Source: Candidatus Tayloriibacteriota bacterium
GTDB lineage: Bacteria > Patescibacteriota > Minisyncoccia > Phycocordibacterales > PALSA-1337
Direction of reading: 5' to 3'
Assembly: GCA_028286665.1 (NCBI GenBank)
Contig: JAQBRD010000012.1
Span: forward strand, 841 to 64,840
Length of the DNA stretch: 64,000 nt
Part shown: in pieces, positions 55,843-64,000 of the stretch
Position numbering within the stretch: position 1 is the stretch's first letter
How the letters are laid out: the number at the start of each line of letters is the position of its first letter
The notes under the pieces: model-generated
Databases searched by the model: none
What the model was told of the DNA's origin: nothing
The model's input: only the letters and a program-made list of their open reading frames with translations
Program-made: the position numbers and the translations under genes

Positions 55843-56331
55843 ATGAAACAGCCGACGAATCTAGCTGATCTTTTCGTGATCAAGCTGAAGACGCTCTACG
55901 ACATCGAAATCGAGCTTGTGAAGGCTATTCCGAAGATGATCAGGAAGGCAACGGACGAAGAGCTCGCTGAAGGCCTGTCGATGCATCTCGACGAAACCAA
56001 GCAGCATGTGCAGCGTCTCGAGAACATCTTCGAGATGCTCGACGTGAAGCCGGGCAAGATCAAATGCGAAGCGATCCGCGGGCTCGTCGCAGACGCGCAA
56101 TGGGTAATGGATACCATCGAAGACTCGATCCTGCTCGACATCAATATCTGCGCAGCAGCAGGCTATATCGAGCACTATGAGATCGCGGGCTATACGACTG
56201 CATACGAGTGGGCGAGCAGCCTCGATGAGGAAGAGATCGCCGATATCCTCGGTGAGACCCTCGCTGAAGAGAAGTCCGCCAATGAATCGCTTCTCGAGCG
56301 TTCAAGCGCGCTTATTACTGGAACGCTCTGA
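55843..56331 (+). CDS. Ferritin-like DUF892 (YciE/YciF-family) protein
   Basis: Helical bundle with spaced E...E...H and E-x-x-H pairs. Start trimmed to ATG 55843. Confidence 0.6.
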   Translation: MKQPTNLADLFVIKLKTLYDIEIELVKAIPKMIRKATDEELAEGLSMHLDETKQHVQRLENIFEMLDVKPGKIKCEAIRGLVADAQWVMDTIEDSILLDINICAAAGYIEHYEIAGYTTAYEWASSLDEEEIADILGETLAEEKSANESLLERSSALITGTL

Positions 56332-56433
56332 ATTCATCGATGCAGATCGCATGAAAGCCCCGTACGTACGGGGCTTTCATGCGTACTCGCTTGGTGTGCT
56401 CGAGATCAATTGGTCCGAAGGCCAAGAGGTCTT

Positions 56434-56847
56434 CTATCTTGTAGCGTTGGTGCTTGTCCCGTACAAGAGCGAGAGCCATCCGCGCGCTGCAAAATCATTG
56501 GTCATTCCTTGTCGCGTCATCGGTCCGAAATATCCGGTCGATGGGACATTGATGCTTGCCTGATACTGCGCGAGCGCCGCCTTCGTCATCGGTCCGAAAT
56601 ATCCGAGCTGCACGGTTGCCGGCACGTTGAGATATCCGAGCTCGGAGAGGATTCCCTGAAGCTGGACGACGTCATTGTTCGACGAGCCGGTCGTGAGATT
56701 CATATTGTCGGCGAGAAGAGTGAATTGAGGCTGCGATGCGAGCGTAACGGACATGTATTGAGCATGAGCTCCTTTCACGAATGCTCCGGCGCTTGCTGCT
56801 GCCGCAATGATGGCTGCTGCGGCTAGAACTCCCTTGATATGTTTCAT
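56434..56847 (-). CDS. Secreted protein with peptidoglycan-binding-like repeats
   Basis: Signal peptide. Two repeats of GYFGPMT...AL..YQ, a PG_binding_1-like motif. Confidence 0.55.
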   Translation of the reverse strand: MKHIKGVLAAAAIIAAAASAGAFVKGAHAQYMSVTLASQPQFTLLADNMNLTTGSSNNDVVQLQGILSELGYLNVPATVQLGYFGPMTKAALAQYQASINVPSTGYFGPMTRQGMTNDFAARGWLSLLYGTSTNATR

Positions 56848-56976
56848 AGTATTTGATGAATTTAATTATAGGGCATACATTACTGATAATACGTGCCTTT
56901 ACGTGACCTTTATACTCTATATATGACGTATGTTCTTCTGCTGGATTACATGCCTTCTGAGTGCTACAATTCGGCC

Positions 56977-57150
56977 ATGGAAATGCAAATGGATATGAAA
57001 GGATTGGACAAGGCGTGCGCATGCAAGTCGGACAAGGTCGCCGGAGCATGCTGCAAGAAGGACGAGAAATGCCCATGCGGTTCGAACGAGAAGGTGAGCA
57101 AATGCTGCGTTGAGCGAATGACTGAAACCGCTCAATCATCAAATGCCTAG
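56977..57150 (+). CDS. Cys-rich 57-aa protein (metallothionein-like candidate)
   Basis: Nine Cys in CxC, CC, CPC and CC arrangements. TGCTACAAT lies 6 nt before the ATG. The 3' end overlaps the folC start by 8 nt. Confidence 0.45.
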   Translation: MEMQMDMKGLDKACACKSDKVAGACCKKDEKCPCGSNEKVSKCCVERMTETAQSSNA

Positions 57151-58495
57151 CCGATCGAATACCCCACAGCAGCAGACTCGCATCTTCGAAGACTACAGGA
57201 AAGCTGTGGCGTTTGTTGAGAGCTTCTCGAATACGTCCCTCCGCAATAACTTCGGCCCCGAGAAGCGCGATCCCTCCTTCTATCTCGACCGTCCTCGCTG
57301 GTTCTGCAAGCTCATCGGCAATCCCGAAGCTGCTTTCAAGTGCGTTCATATCACCGGCACTGCCGGCAAAGGCAGCGTCTCGACGATGACGCACGAGATC
57401 CTGCTCGCTGCAGGGAAGAAAGCCGGCCTCTTCACTTCGCCCTATGTCACGACGACGATCGAGAAGTTCCGCGTCGGCAATGCATATATTTCTCCGAAGG
57501 AATTCGTCGAGACAGTCGAATATCTGAAGCCATTCATCGAGCAGGCGAAGTCCGGTCCGTACGGCGCGCCCTCGGCATTCGACATATTCGTCGCTATCGC
57601 TTTCATCTTCTTCAAGAATCACGGATGCGAATGGGTCGTGCTCGAGGTCGGCCTCGGCGGCAGATATGATTCGACGAATGTCATCGAGCGTCCGGCAGTC
57701 ACCGCGATCACCAATATCGACTACGATCATACGGAAATTCTCGGCAAGACCCTCGGCCTCATCGCGTACGACAAGGCTGGCATCATAAAGAACGGCAGCG
57801 CATTCTTCACGACCGAACAGCGCCCTGCGCTGCTCTCGCTCTTCCGGAAGATCTGCAAGGAGCAGGGGGCGACTTTCAATCATATTCCGAAACAGAAAAG
57901 CTATGCCGACTACAACCGCCTTCTCGCGAGCAGCATCGCCAAGGCTGCCGTCAGCGCGTATGGAGGCGAAATCACCCAGGCGCAGATCGATGCGGGACTC
58001 GCCCATGCCAAGCTCCCGTGCCGCTTCGAAATCATCCAGGAGAATCCGCTCATCATCCTCGACGGCGCGCATAATCGCGCGAAGATACAGAGCACTGTTG
58101 AAAACTTGAAGCAGCTTCGCCGAAAGACAAAGACGGCGGGCGGCTTCAAGCGCCTCATCGCCATCGTCGCTATTTCGGATACGAAGAAGGACAATCGCGC
58201 GATCCTCGAGCCGCTCGCCGCCGTCGCTGACGTGATCTACGCCACCTCGATCGAGAAAGGCGAGCGGCGGTCAGTCCACCCTGCGGCACTCCTCCCGTAT
58301 ATAGAGAAATACAAGAAATCAAAAGCCACCGTCGAGGTCGTTCTTGATGCGCATATGGCGCTCAAGAAAGCCCGCGCCGCCGCAGCGGCTTCAGACTGCA
58401 TCATCGCCACCGGTTCTTTTTTCCTTGCCGGAGAACTCCGCACCGAATGGTATCCGGAGGAATGGGTACTCGAGCATCTGAAGAGCTTCAGATAA
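57143..58495 (+). CDS. folC: Bifunctional folylpolyglutamate synthase / dihydrofolate synthase
   Basis: Mur-ligase P-loop HITGTAGKGS and FolC middle and C-terminal domains. Confidence 0.85.
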   Translation: MPSRSNTPQQQTRIFEDYRKAVAFVESFSNTSLRNNFGPEKRDPSFYLDRPRWFCKLIGNPEAAFKCVHITGTAGKGSVSTMTHEILLAAGKKAGLFTSPYVTTTIEKFRVGNAYISPKEFVETVEYLKPFIEQAKSGPYGAPSAFDIFVAIAFIFFKNHGCEWVVLEVGLGGRYDSTNVIERPAVTAITNIDYDHTEILGKTLGLIAYDKAGIIKNGSAFFTTEQRPALLSLFRKICKEQGATFNHIPKQKSYADYNRLLASSIAKAAVSAYGGEITQAQIDAGLAHAKLPCRFEIIQENPLIILDGAHNRAKIQSTVENLKQLRRKTKTAGGFKRLIAIVAISDTKKDNRAILEPLAAVADVIYATSIEKGERRSVHPAALLPYIEKYKKSKATVEVVLDAHMALKKARAAAAASDCIIATGSFFLAGELRTEWYPEEWVLEHLKSFR

Positions 58496-58501
58496 GAAGT
58501 C

Positions 58502-59011
58502 TTACTTTTTCGCAATTTTCGATCGCGAGAATTCTCCCCACTCTTTCAGGAAATCAGAGCTGCTCCACAGCTTGCTCAAGCCGACGCCGGATACGATCTC
58601 GATGCCATGATCCTGACAGACCTTCCATTCGGGAATCGTCGATTCGTCGATCCGATCGCCGCCTTTGGTGAAGACGTGCGGACGGATTCTTTTCAATGCT
58701 TCGCATACTGTCTGATCGCCTTCGATCTCGAAGGGAATGACATAATCCACGCCTTTCAGATATGAAACGATCTGGCAGCGCGTCTTGATATCCATGAACG
58801 GCTTGCCTTTTTTCGCTTTCAGGAAGCTGTCGCCATTCACGATGACGACGATGGTATCGCCGTATCGCTTCGATTCATGGATGCAGGAGATGTGCCCGGG
58901 ATGGATCGGATCGAAGCCGCCGGAGGTGCAGACGATCGTGCCGAGCCTTTTGCCAAGCTTGAGCCGCAGCGCGTCGAATTCTTCGAAGGAGATGATCGGA
59001 GCAGGTTTCAT
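58502..59011 (-). CDS. Cytidylyl/adenylyltransferase (nucleotidyltransferase superfamily, RfaE domain II / TagD-like)
   Basis: GGFDPIHPGH, an (H/T)xGH motif, in a 169-aa Rossmann-like protein. Confidence 0.75.
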   Translation of the reverse strand: MKPAPIISFEEFDALRLKLGKRLGTIVCTSGGFDPIHPGHISCIHESKRYGDTIVVIVNGDSFLKAKKGKPFMDIKTRCQIVSYLKGVDYVIPFEIEGDQTVCEALKRIRPHVFTKGGDRIDESTIPEWKVCQDHGIEIVSGVGLSKLWSSSDFLKEWGEFSRSKIAKK

Positions 59012-59118
59012 CTGGTGTTCGTTATGGAATCAGTATATCGCGGCTTCGAAAAAGAGAGTAGCCCGATCCGGATATGATATAATAGCTGGAACTTGCCACT
59101 TCGTAATCAATGTAAGAG

Positions 59119-60975
59119 ATGAAACCAGTCACTAATTCATATGCGCGCGCTGATTTTGCGATAGCAATTCTCATTGCTGCGATATTGTTCGTCGGCTTCG
59201 TGCTCTACACCGTCCAGCCGGTATCGGCCAGCATGCAGCTCTGGTTCCTCCTGCTCCCGATCGTCATCATCATCGGCTCGCTGCCGCTTCTTTTCGAGAT
59301 CATCAGCTCGCTTTCGCGCGGGCATTTCGGCGTCGACATCATCGCGCTCGTCGCTATCATTTTTTCCCTTTCCACGGGCGAGACGATCGCGGGAGCCATC
59401 GTGCTGCTCATGCTTTCCGGAGGGGATTCGCTTGAGCATTTCGCCCAGCGCCGAGCGAGATCGTCCATCGAACGCCTCCTGCAGCGGGCGCCGACGATCG
59501 CTCATCTTCATCGTCGCCAAGAGATCGTCGATGTGCCGGTAAGCGAAATCAGAGCCGGAGATATCCTCATCGTGAAGCCTGGCGAGATCATCCCGCTCGA
59601 CGGAACGATCATCGAAGGCATGTCCATCATCGATGAGTCCGTCATCACCGGAGAGCCGCTTCCTCGGGATGTCCTCGCGGGAAGCCAGATCGTGAGCGGC
59701 ACGACCAATGGCGCGGGTCTCATCAAGTTCCAAGCGTCGGACTCATACGAGAAGAGCGTCTTCGCCGGCATCCTTCGGCTCACAAGCCAGGCCGAAGCTC
59801 AGAAAGCACCCATCATCCATCTCGCCGATACCTACAGCGTATTCTTTACCGCAATCACGTTCGCGATCGCATGCTTCGCCTGGATCATCAGTCCGAAGCT
59901 CGCTACTGCAGTGCTTGTCGTCGCCACTCCGTGTCCGCTCATCCTCGCGGCGCCAATCGCGTTCATCGCCGGCATGGGCCGCGCCGCGAGGAAGGGCATC
60001 ATCGTGAAGCATGGCGGCGTCTTCGAGACGCTCGTGAAGGCAAAAGCTTTCTTCTTCGACAAGACCGGAACGCTCACCTTCGGCATACCGTCAGTCGAGA
60101 AGGTCATCGTGCTCAGCTCTTCTTCCGAAGGCAAGAAGGATCTGACTGAAAAGCAGATCATTCGGGACGCTGCTTCGCTCGAGCAATTCTCGACGCATGT
60201 CCTCGCGCAGGGAGTCGTGACGTTGGCGAAGGAACTCGGCATATCGCTCATGACCCCTGACAATATCCAGGAAACTGTCGGCGGCGGCATTATCGGAACC
60301 ATCGACGGCCGGCAGTACGCGATCGGAAAGCTTTCATTCATCGCGTCATTCGGCATCGCCATGCCGCAGCTCGCGCAGCTGGAGAAGCCCGGCAAGCCTG
60401 CAGTCTACATCGCCTGCGACGGCAAGCTCATCGGCCAGCTCATCTTCTCCGATAAGGTCCGAGCGAACGCGCCTGAAGTCCTCAAGCGCATTTCCGATGC
60501 CGACGTCGAAACGATTCTCATCACCGGCGACGCGCAGGAGCGGGCAGCGGAAGTCTCGAAAGCTCTCGGGTTCACTGGCGTGCGCGCGAATTGCCTTCCT
60601 TCTGACAAGGTCGCCTGGGTCCAGGAATTCGAATTGCGGAATAAGCCCGTCGCGATGATCGGCGACGGCGTGAATGATGCGCCAGCTCTTGCTGCAGCTT
60701 CCGTCGGCATCGCTCTCGGATCGCATGGCGCGACTGCCGCCACAGATGTCGCCGACGCGGTCATCATCGTCGACGACATCAGCAAGGTCGCCGATCTCGT
60801 CGACATCAGCCGCCGCACCATGCGGATCGCGCGCCAGTCCATGGTCGCCGGAATGATACTGAGCCTGATCGCTATGGTCGCCGCTTTCCTCGGCTTCATA
60901 CCGCCGGTCCAGGGCGCGATCCTTCAGGAAGTCATCGATGTGCTCGTCATTTTCAATGCGCTGAGAGCCTTGTAA
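59119..60975 (+). CDS. Heavy-metal-translocating P1B-type ATPase (PCP motif, P1B-5-like; no N-terminal metal-binding domain)
   Basis: DKTGTLT, GDGVNDAPAL and TGES (ITGEPLP) motifs. A transmembrane helix carries ATPCPL, the TPCP motif. Confidence 0.9.
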   Translation: MKPVTNSYARADFAIAILIAAILFVGFVLYTVQPVSASMQLWFLLLPIVIIIGSLPLLFEIISSLSRGHFGVDIIALVAIIFSLSTGETIAGAIVLLMLSGGDSLEHFAQRRARSSIERLLQRAPTIAHLHRRQEIVDVPVSEIRAGDILIVKPGEIIPLDGTIIEGMSIIDESVITGEPLPRDVLAGSQIVSGTTNGAGLIKFQASDSYEKSVFAGILRLTSQAEAQKAPIIHLADTYSVFFTAITFAIACFAWIISPKLATAVLVVATPCPLILAAPIAFIAGMGRAARKGIIVKHGGVFETLVKAKAFFFDKTGTLTFGIPSVEKVIVLSSSSEGKKDLTEKQIIRDAASLEQFSTHVLAQGVVTLAKELGISLMTPDNIQETVGGGIIGTIDGRQYAIGKLSFIASFGIAMPQLAQLEKPGKPAVYIACDGKLIGQLIFSDKVRANAPEVLKRISDADVETILITGDAQERAAEVSKALGFTGVRANCLPSDKVAWVQEFELRNKPVAMIGDGVNDAPALAAASVGIALGSHGATAATDVADAVIIVDDISKVADLVDISRRTMRIARQSMVAGMILSLIAMVAAFLGFIPPVQGAILQEVIDVLVIFNALRAL

Positions 60976-61207
60976 ATCAAGGGTATTCGGAATCTTTTCC
61001 GTACCGCGGGATATGCGAAATATCCTTGCTTTTTATTTTTAATGGTGGTATAGTATATACGTAGGCGAGCACATCGAATGTTCACCACCCTCCTCATCAT
61101 TTTGAGGATTCGCCAGGATCATTTCATCTTTGAAATCTTCCTCCGGCATTGATCTGTCTGTCATTTTTTGTTTTGTTTCCAGCCTGTTCCTCGGTTCCTC
61201 CATGCAT

Positions 61208-61241
61208 GGCCACGACTCTCCTAGTCGTGGCCAGCTTTTTT
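61208..61241 (+). terminator. Rho-independent terminator
   Basis: GGCCACGACT ctcct AGTCGTGGCC followed by agcTTTTTTT. It lies 230 nt after the ATPase stop. Confidence 0.75.
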
Positions 61242-61272
61242 ATATTTATGCCGATAGCGGTATACTATCCAT

Positions 61273-63195
61273 ATGATCTACTTCATCCTCTCATTCGTCG
61301 GCGGAATCCTCACGGTCCTCGCGCCATGCGTGCTGCCGCTCTTGCCAGTCATCGTCGGCGGTTCGATCTCGAATGGGGCAAATGACAAAGGCCAGGCTGG
61401 AACGCAGCCTGCTGACAGGAAGCGCGCGCTGATCATCACGATATCGCTCGGCATCTCGGTCATGCTCTTCACCTTCATCTTGAAGGTGAGCACGCTGTTC
61501 ATCATGATCCCGCAGTCTGTCTGGACATGGATCTCGGGCGGCATCATTGTCATCTTCGGCGCGATCACGCTGTTCCCGAGCCTCTGGGAAAAAGTGAAAT
61601 TCATGTCGAAGCTCAATCGCTCGTCGAACAAGGCGATGGGCGCAGGCTACATGAGAAAGAGCGTGCTGGGCGACATCATCATCGGCGCGTCGCTCGGTCC
61701 GGTCTTCTCGACCTGCAGTCCGACGTATTTCGTGGTCCTCGCGACGGTGCTTCCGATGAGCCCGCTCGCCGGCTTCATCGATCTTCTCGCATATACCGCC
61801 GGCCTCTGCGGAGCGCTTCTCATCATCTCGCTTGTCGGACAGAAAGTCATGGCGAAGCTCGACATCGCAGCTGATCCGAAAGGCTGGTTCAAGAAGACGC
61901 TCGGCATCATCTTCATCATCGTCGGCTTCATGATCCTCGGCGGCGCGGACAAGAAGCTCGAGGCATGGCTCCTCACGTCCGGATTTTTCGATGTCACGAA
62001 GATCGAGCAGAGCCTCCTGCGTTCGGCTGACCAGACTGATATGCCGATTCCGCCGTCGACGACCGATGTCATCATGGGAACTTCGACCGAATCGAGTGCA
62101 GGGCAGGCGTCATTCCTAAGCGCTGCCGAAAAGGCAGTCCGGTTCAAGAAATCTCCCGAGATCGTCGGCGCGAGCGGCTTCATCAATACGAAAGGCCTCG
62201 GTGCAAATCCCGCTGACGATCATGCGTCGATTACCGTCGCGCAATTCAAGGGAAAGAAAGTCGTGCTTCTCGATATCTGGACATACAGCTGCATCAATTG
62301 CCAGCGCACGCTTCCGTACGTCGAAAGCTGGTACGACAAGTATGCCGATACGGGCCTCGAGATCATCAGCATCCATACGCCGGAATTCTCATTCGAGAAA
62401 GTGCAGAAAAACGTAGAGGATGCCGCGAAGCGTCTCGGCGTGAAATATCCGATCGTTCTCGACAACGACTACTCGACATGGAACGCGCTGCACAATCAAT
62501 ACTGGCCGCGCAAATATCTCGTCGATATCGACGGCTACATCGTCTATGATCATATCGGCGAAGGGAATTACGATGAAACCGAGAAGGCGATTCAGAAAGC
62601 CCTTATCGAGCTCCATGGTCGCAATGGCGAAACGATGCCGATGCCGGCAGTGACTTCGTTCTCGACGCCGGCTGCTGGCAGCATGAAGCCCGTGAGCTAT
62701 GACGGCGCGCGAGTCGGCAGTCCCGAAGTGTATTTCGGTGCCGGCAGGAACGAGTACTTGGCGAATGGCCGACAAGGCATGAGTGGCGATCAGTCTCTTG
62801 TCGCGCCGGATGCTTCGAAGGCTCAAAAAAATGCTCTCTATCTCGGCGGCACCTGGTCATTCGAGAGCGAATTCGCTGAGGAGAAATCAGCGAGCGCAGC
62901 AGCTCCGGCTACCGTTCTCTTCAGATACAATGCGAAAAATGTGTACATGGTCGCGAGTGCCGACAAAGCCATCGCGCCGAACGGCGTCGAGATCGAGGTG
63001 TATAAGGATGGCGTGAAGCAGTGCGGCGTAAGCGGTGCCGGCAATTTCTGTTCAGCTAATTCATCAGCCCCTTCGGTGATCATCAATGCCGAGCAGCTCT
63101 ATCAGCTTATCGAAGGCGACAGCTACGGCGAGCACACCCTCGAGATCCGCATCAAGAAGGGCGGACTGAAAGCCTTCACGTTCACCTTCGGCTAG
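61273..63195 (+). CDS. Thiol:disulfide interchange fusion protein: CcdA/DsbD-type transmembrane domain, thioredoxin-like (redoxin, CxxC) domain and an extra C-terminal beta-rich domain
   Basis: CVLPLLP (DsbD_2) in the first transmembrane helix. WTYSCINCQRTLPY is a TlpA/ResA-like CxxC motif. The C-terminal roughly 240 aa has no known homolog. TATACT lies 6 nt before the ATG. Confidence 0.8.
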   Translation: MIYFILSFVGGILTVLAPCVLPLLPVIVGGSISNGANDKGQAGTQPADRKRALIITISLGISVMLFTFILKVSTLFIMIPQSVWTWISGGIIVIFGAITLFPSLWEKVKFMSKLNRSSNKAMGAGYMRKSVLGDIIIGASLGPVFSTCSPTYFVVLATVLPMSPLAGFIDLLAYTAGLCGALLIISLVGQKVMAKLDIAADPKGWFKKTLGIIFIIVGFMILGGADKKLEAWLLTSGFFDVTKIEQSLLRSADQTDMPIPPSTTDVIMGTSTESSAGQASFLSAAEKAVRFKKSPEIVGASGFINTKGLGANPADDHASITVAQFKGKKVVLLDIWTYSCINCQRTLPYVESWYDKYADTGLEIISIHTPEFSFEKVQKNVEDAAKRLGVKYPIVLDNDYSTWNALHNQYWPRKYLVDIDGYIVYDHIGEGNYDETEKAIQKALIELHGRNGETMPMPAVTSFSTPAAGSMKPVSYDGARVGSPEVYFGAGRNEYLANGRQGMSGDQSLVAPDASKAQKNALYLGGTWSFESEFAEEKSASAAAPATVLFRYNAKNVYMVASADKAIAPNGVEIEVYKDGVKQCGVSGAGNFCSANSSAPSVIINAEQLYQLIEGDSYGEHTLEIRIKKGGLKAFTFTFG

Positions 63196-63223
63196 CATCA
63201 TATGCTATCGAAATAAAAAATAT

Positions 63224-63802
63224 ATGAATAAAGAAATAAAAAATAATGAAGTCGCGATTTTCGGAGGAGGCTGCTTCTGGTGCACGGAAGCGGTCTTCAA
63301 GATGCTCAAAGGCGTTTCCGCAGTCATGCCTGGCTATGCAGGCGGCAAATTCGCCAACCCCACGTACGAGCAGGTCTGCGATGGCAATACTGGCCATGCC
63401 GAGGTCATTCATATCGAATACGATCCGTCTGTCGTCGGCTACGACAAGCTCCTCATGGTCTTCTTCGGCTCGCATGATCCGACTACCCGCAACCGACAGG
63501 GGAACGACGTCGGCACGCAGTATCGTTCCGTCATTTTCTATACGACGCCAGAACAGAAGGCGATCGCAGAGAAATTCATCGCAGACATCAATGCCTCGAA
63601 CAAGGACGGCAAGCCGATCGTGACAGAGGTCGTGCCGCTCGAGACCGGAGCTGACGCACCAGGCGGCTTCTATCCAGCCGAGTCATATCATCACGACTAT
63701 TTTGCCCGCAACAAGGGCAATCCGTACTGCGAAGTGATCATCAATCCGAAGCTCGAAAAAGTTCAGAAAATGTTCGCAGATCTTATCAGCGATAATCAAT
63801 AA
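63224..63802 (+). CDS. msrA: Peptide methionine sulfoxide reductase MsrA
   Basis: [12 protein letters not shown] active-site motif. Confidence 0.9.
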   Translation: MNKEIKNNEVAIFGGGCFWCTEAVFKMLKGVSAVMPGYAGGKFANPTYEQVCDGNTGHAEVIHIEYDPSVVGYDKLLMVFFGSHDPTTRNRQGNDVGTQYRSVIFYTTPEQKAIAEKFIADINASNKDGKPIVTEVVPLETGADAPGGFYPAESYHHDYFARNKGNPYCEVIINPKLEKVQKMFADLISDNQ

Positions 63803-63807
63803 AATAT

Positions 63808-64000
63808 ATGGAAACAAATATGAATGAAGACGAATTGAAAGCGAAGCTCACGCCCGAGCAATACAAAGTTCTCCGCGAGCATGGCACCGAGGCTCCTGGC
63901 AGCGGCAAATATCTCCATGAGAAGCGCGAAGGGAAGTATCATTGCGCAGCGTGCGGCAATGCGCTCTTCTCGTCCGATGCGAAATTCGAATCCGGCACCG
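63808..64000 (+). CDS. msrB: Peptide methionine sulfoxide reductase MsrB (3' partial at window edge)
   Basis: [12 protein letters not shown] and CAACGNALF (zinc-site Cys, the SelR fold). An alternative start is at 63820. Confidence 0.8.
   Translation, partial: METNMNEDELKAKLTPEQYKVLREHGTEAPGSGKYLHEKREGKYHCAACGNALFSSDAKFESGT

Overview
This 64 kb window looks like a chromosomal segment from a bacterium (the sequence reads as GC-rich, though composition was not computed), probably an uncultivated lineage. Gene content is bacterial: murB, secA, obg, gatB, tgt, rplY, hisGI, folC, msrAB and a type IV pilin. Coding density is high, mostly on the + strand, and many long antisense ORFs are artefacts of the GC content.

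The most notable content:
- Two tandem paralogous giant secreted proteins (about 2,484 and 1,258 aa) built from tail-fibre-like repeats. Each ends in a peptidase S74-type intramolecular chaperone autoprocessing domain.
- A 1,231-aa secreted protein made of about 20-aa repeats that each carry an N-x-S/T sequon.
- A small AT-richer islet beside tRNA-Gln, bounded by a 19-bp direct repeat of the tRNA 3' end. It carries a P-loop kinase-like gene, and a NUDIX hydrolase gene lies just beyond it.
- A tRNA-like gene whose canonical 5' and 3' halves are separated by an 85-nt insertion.
- A seven-gene same-strand cluster that starts with an ECF sigma/anti-sigma pair and ends in a GT2 synthase fused to a GH26-like hydrolase.
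- A pair of terminator-like hairpins with interchangeable arms upstream of hisGI.
- A metal/redox set: YcnI, a Cys-rich mini-protein, a PCP-motif P1B ATPase, a CcdA-thioredoxin fusion and MsrA/MsrB.

One genome-wide pattern stands out: an (extended) -10 box of the form TGnTAnnnT lies 5-9 nt upstream of the ATG of about 20 genes, with no Shine-Dalgarno sequence. This implies widespread leaderless transcription.

No CRISPR array, rRNA gene or intact mobile element was found.
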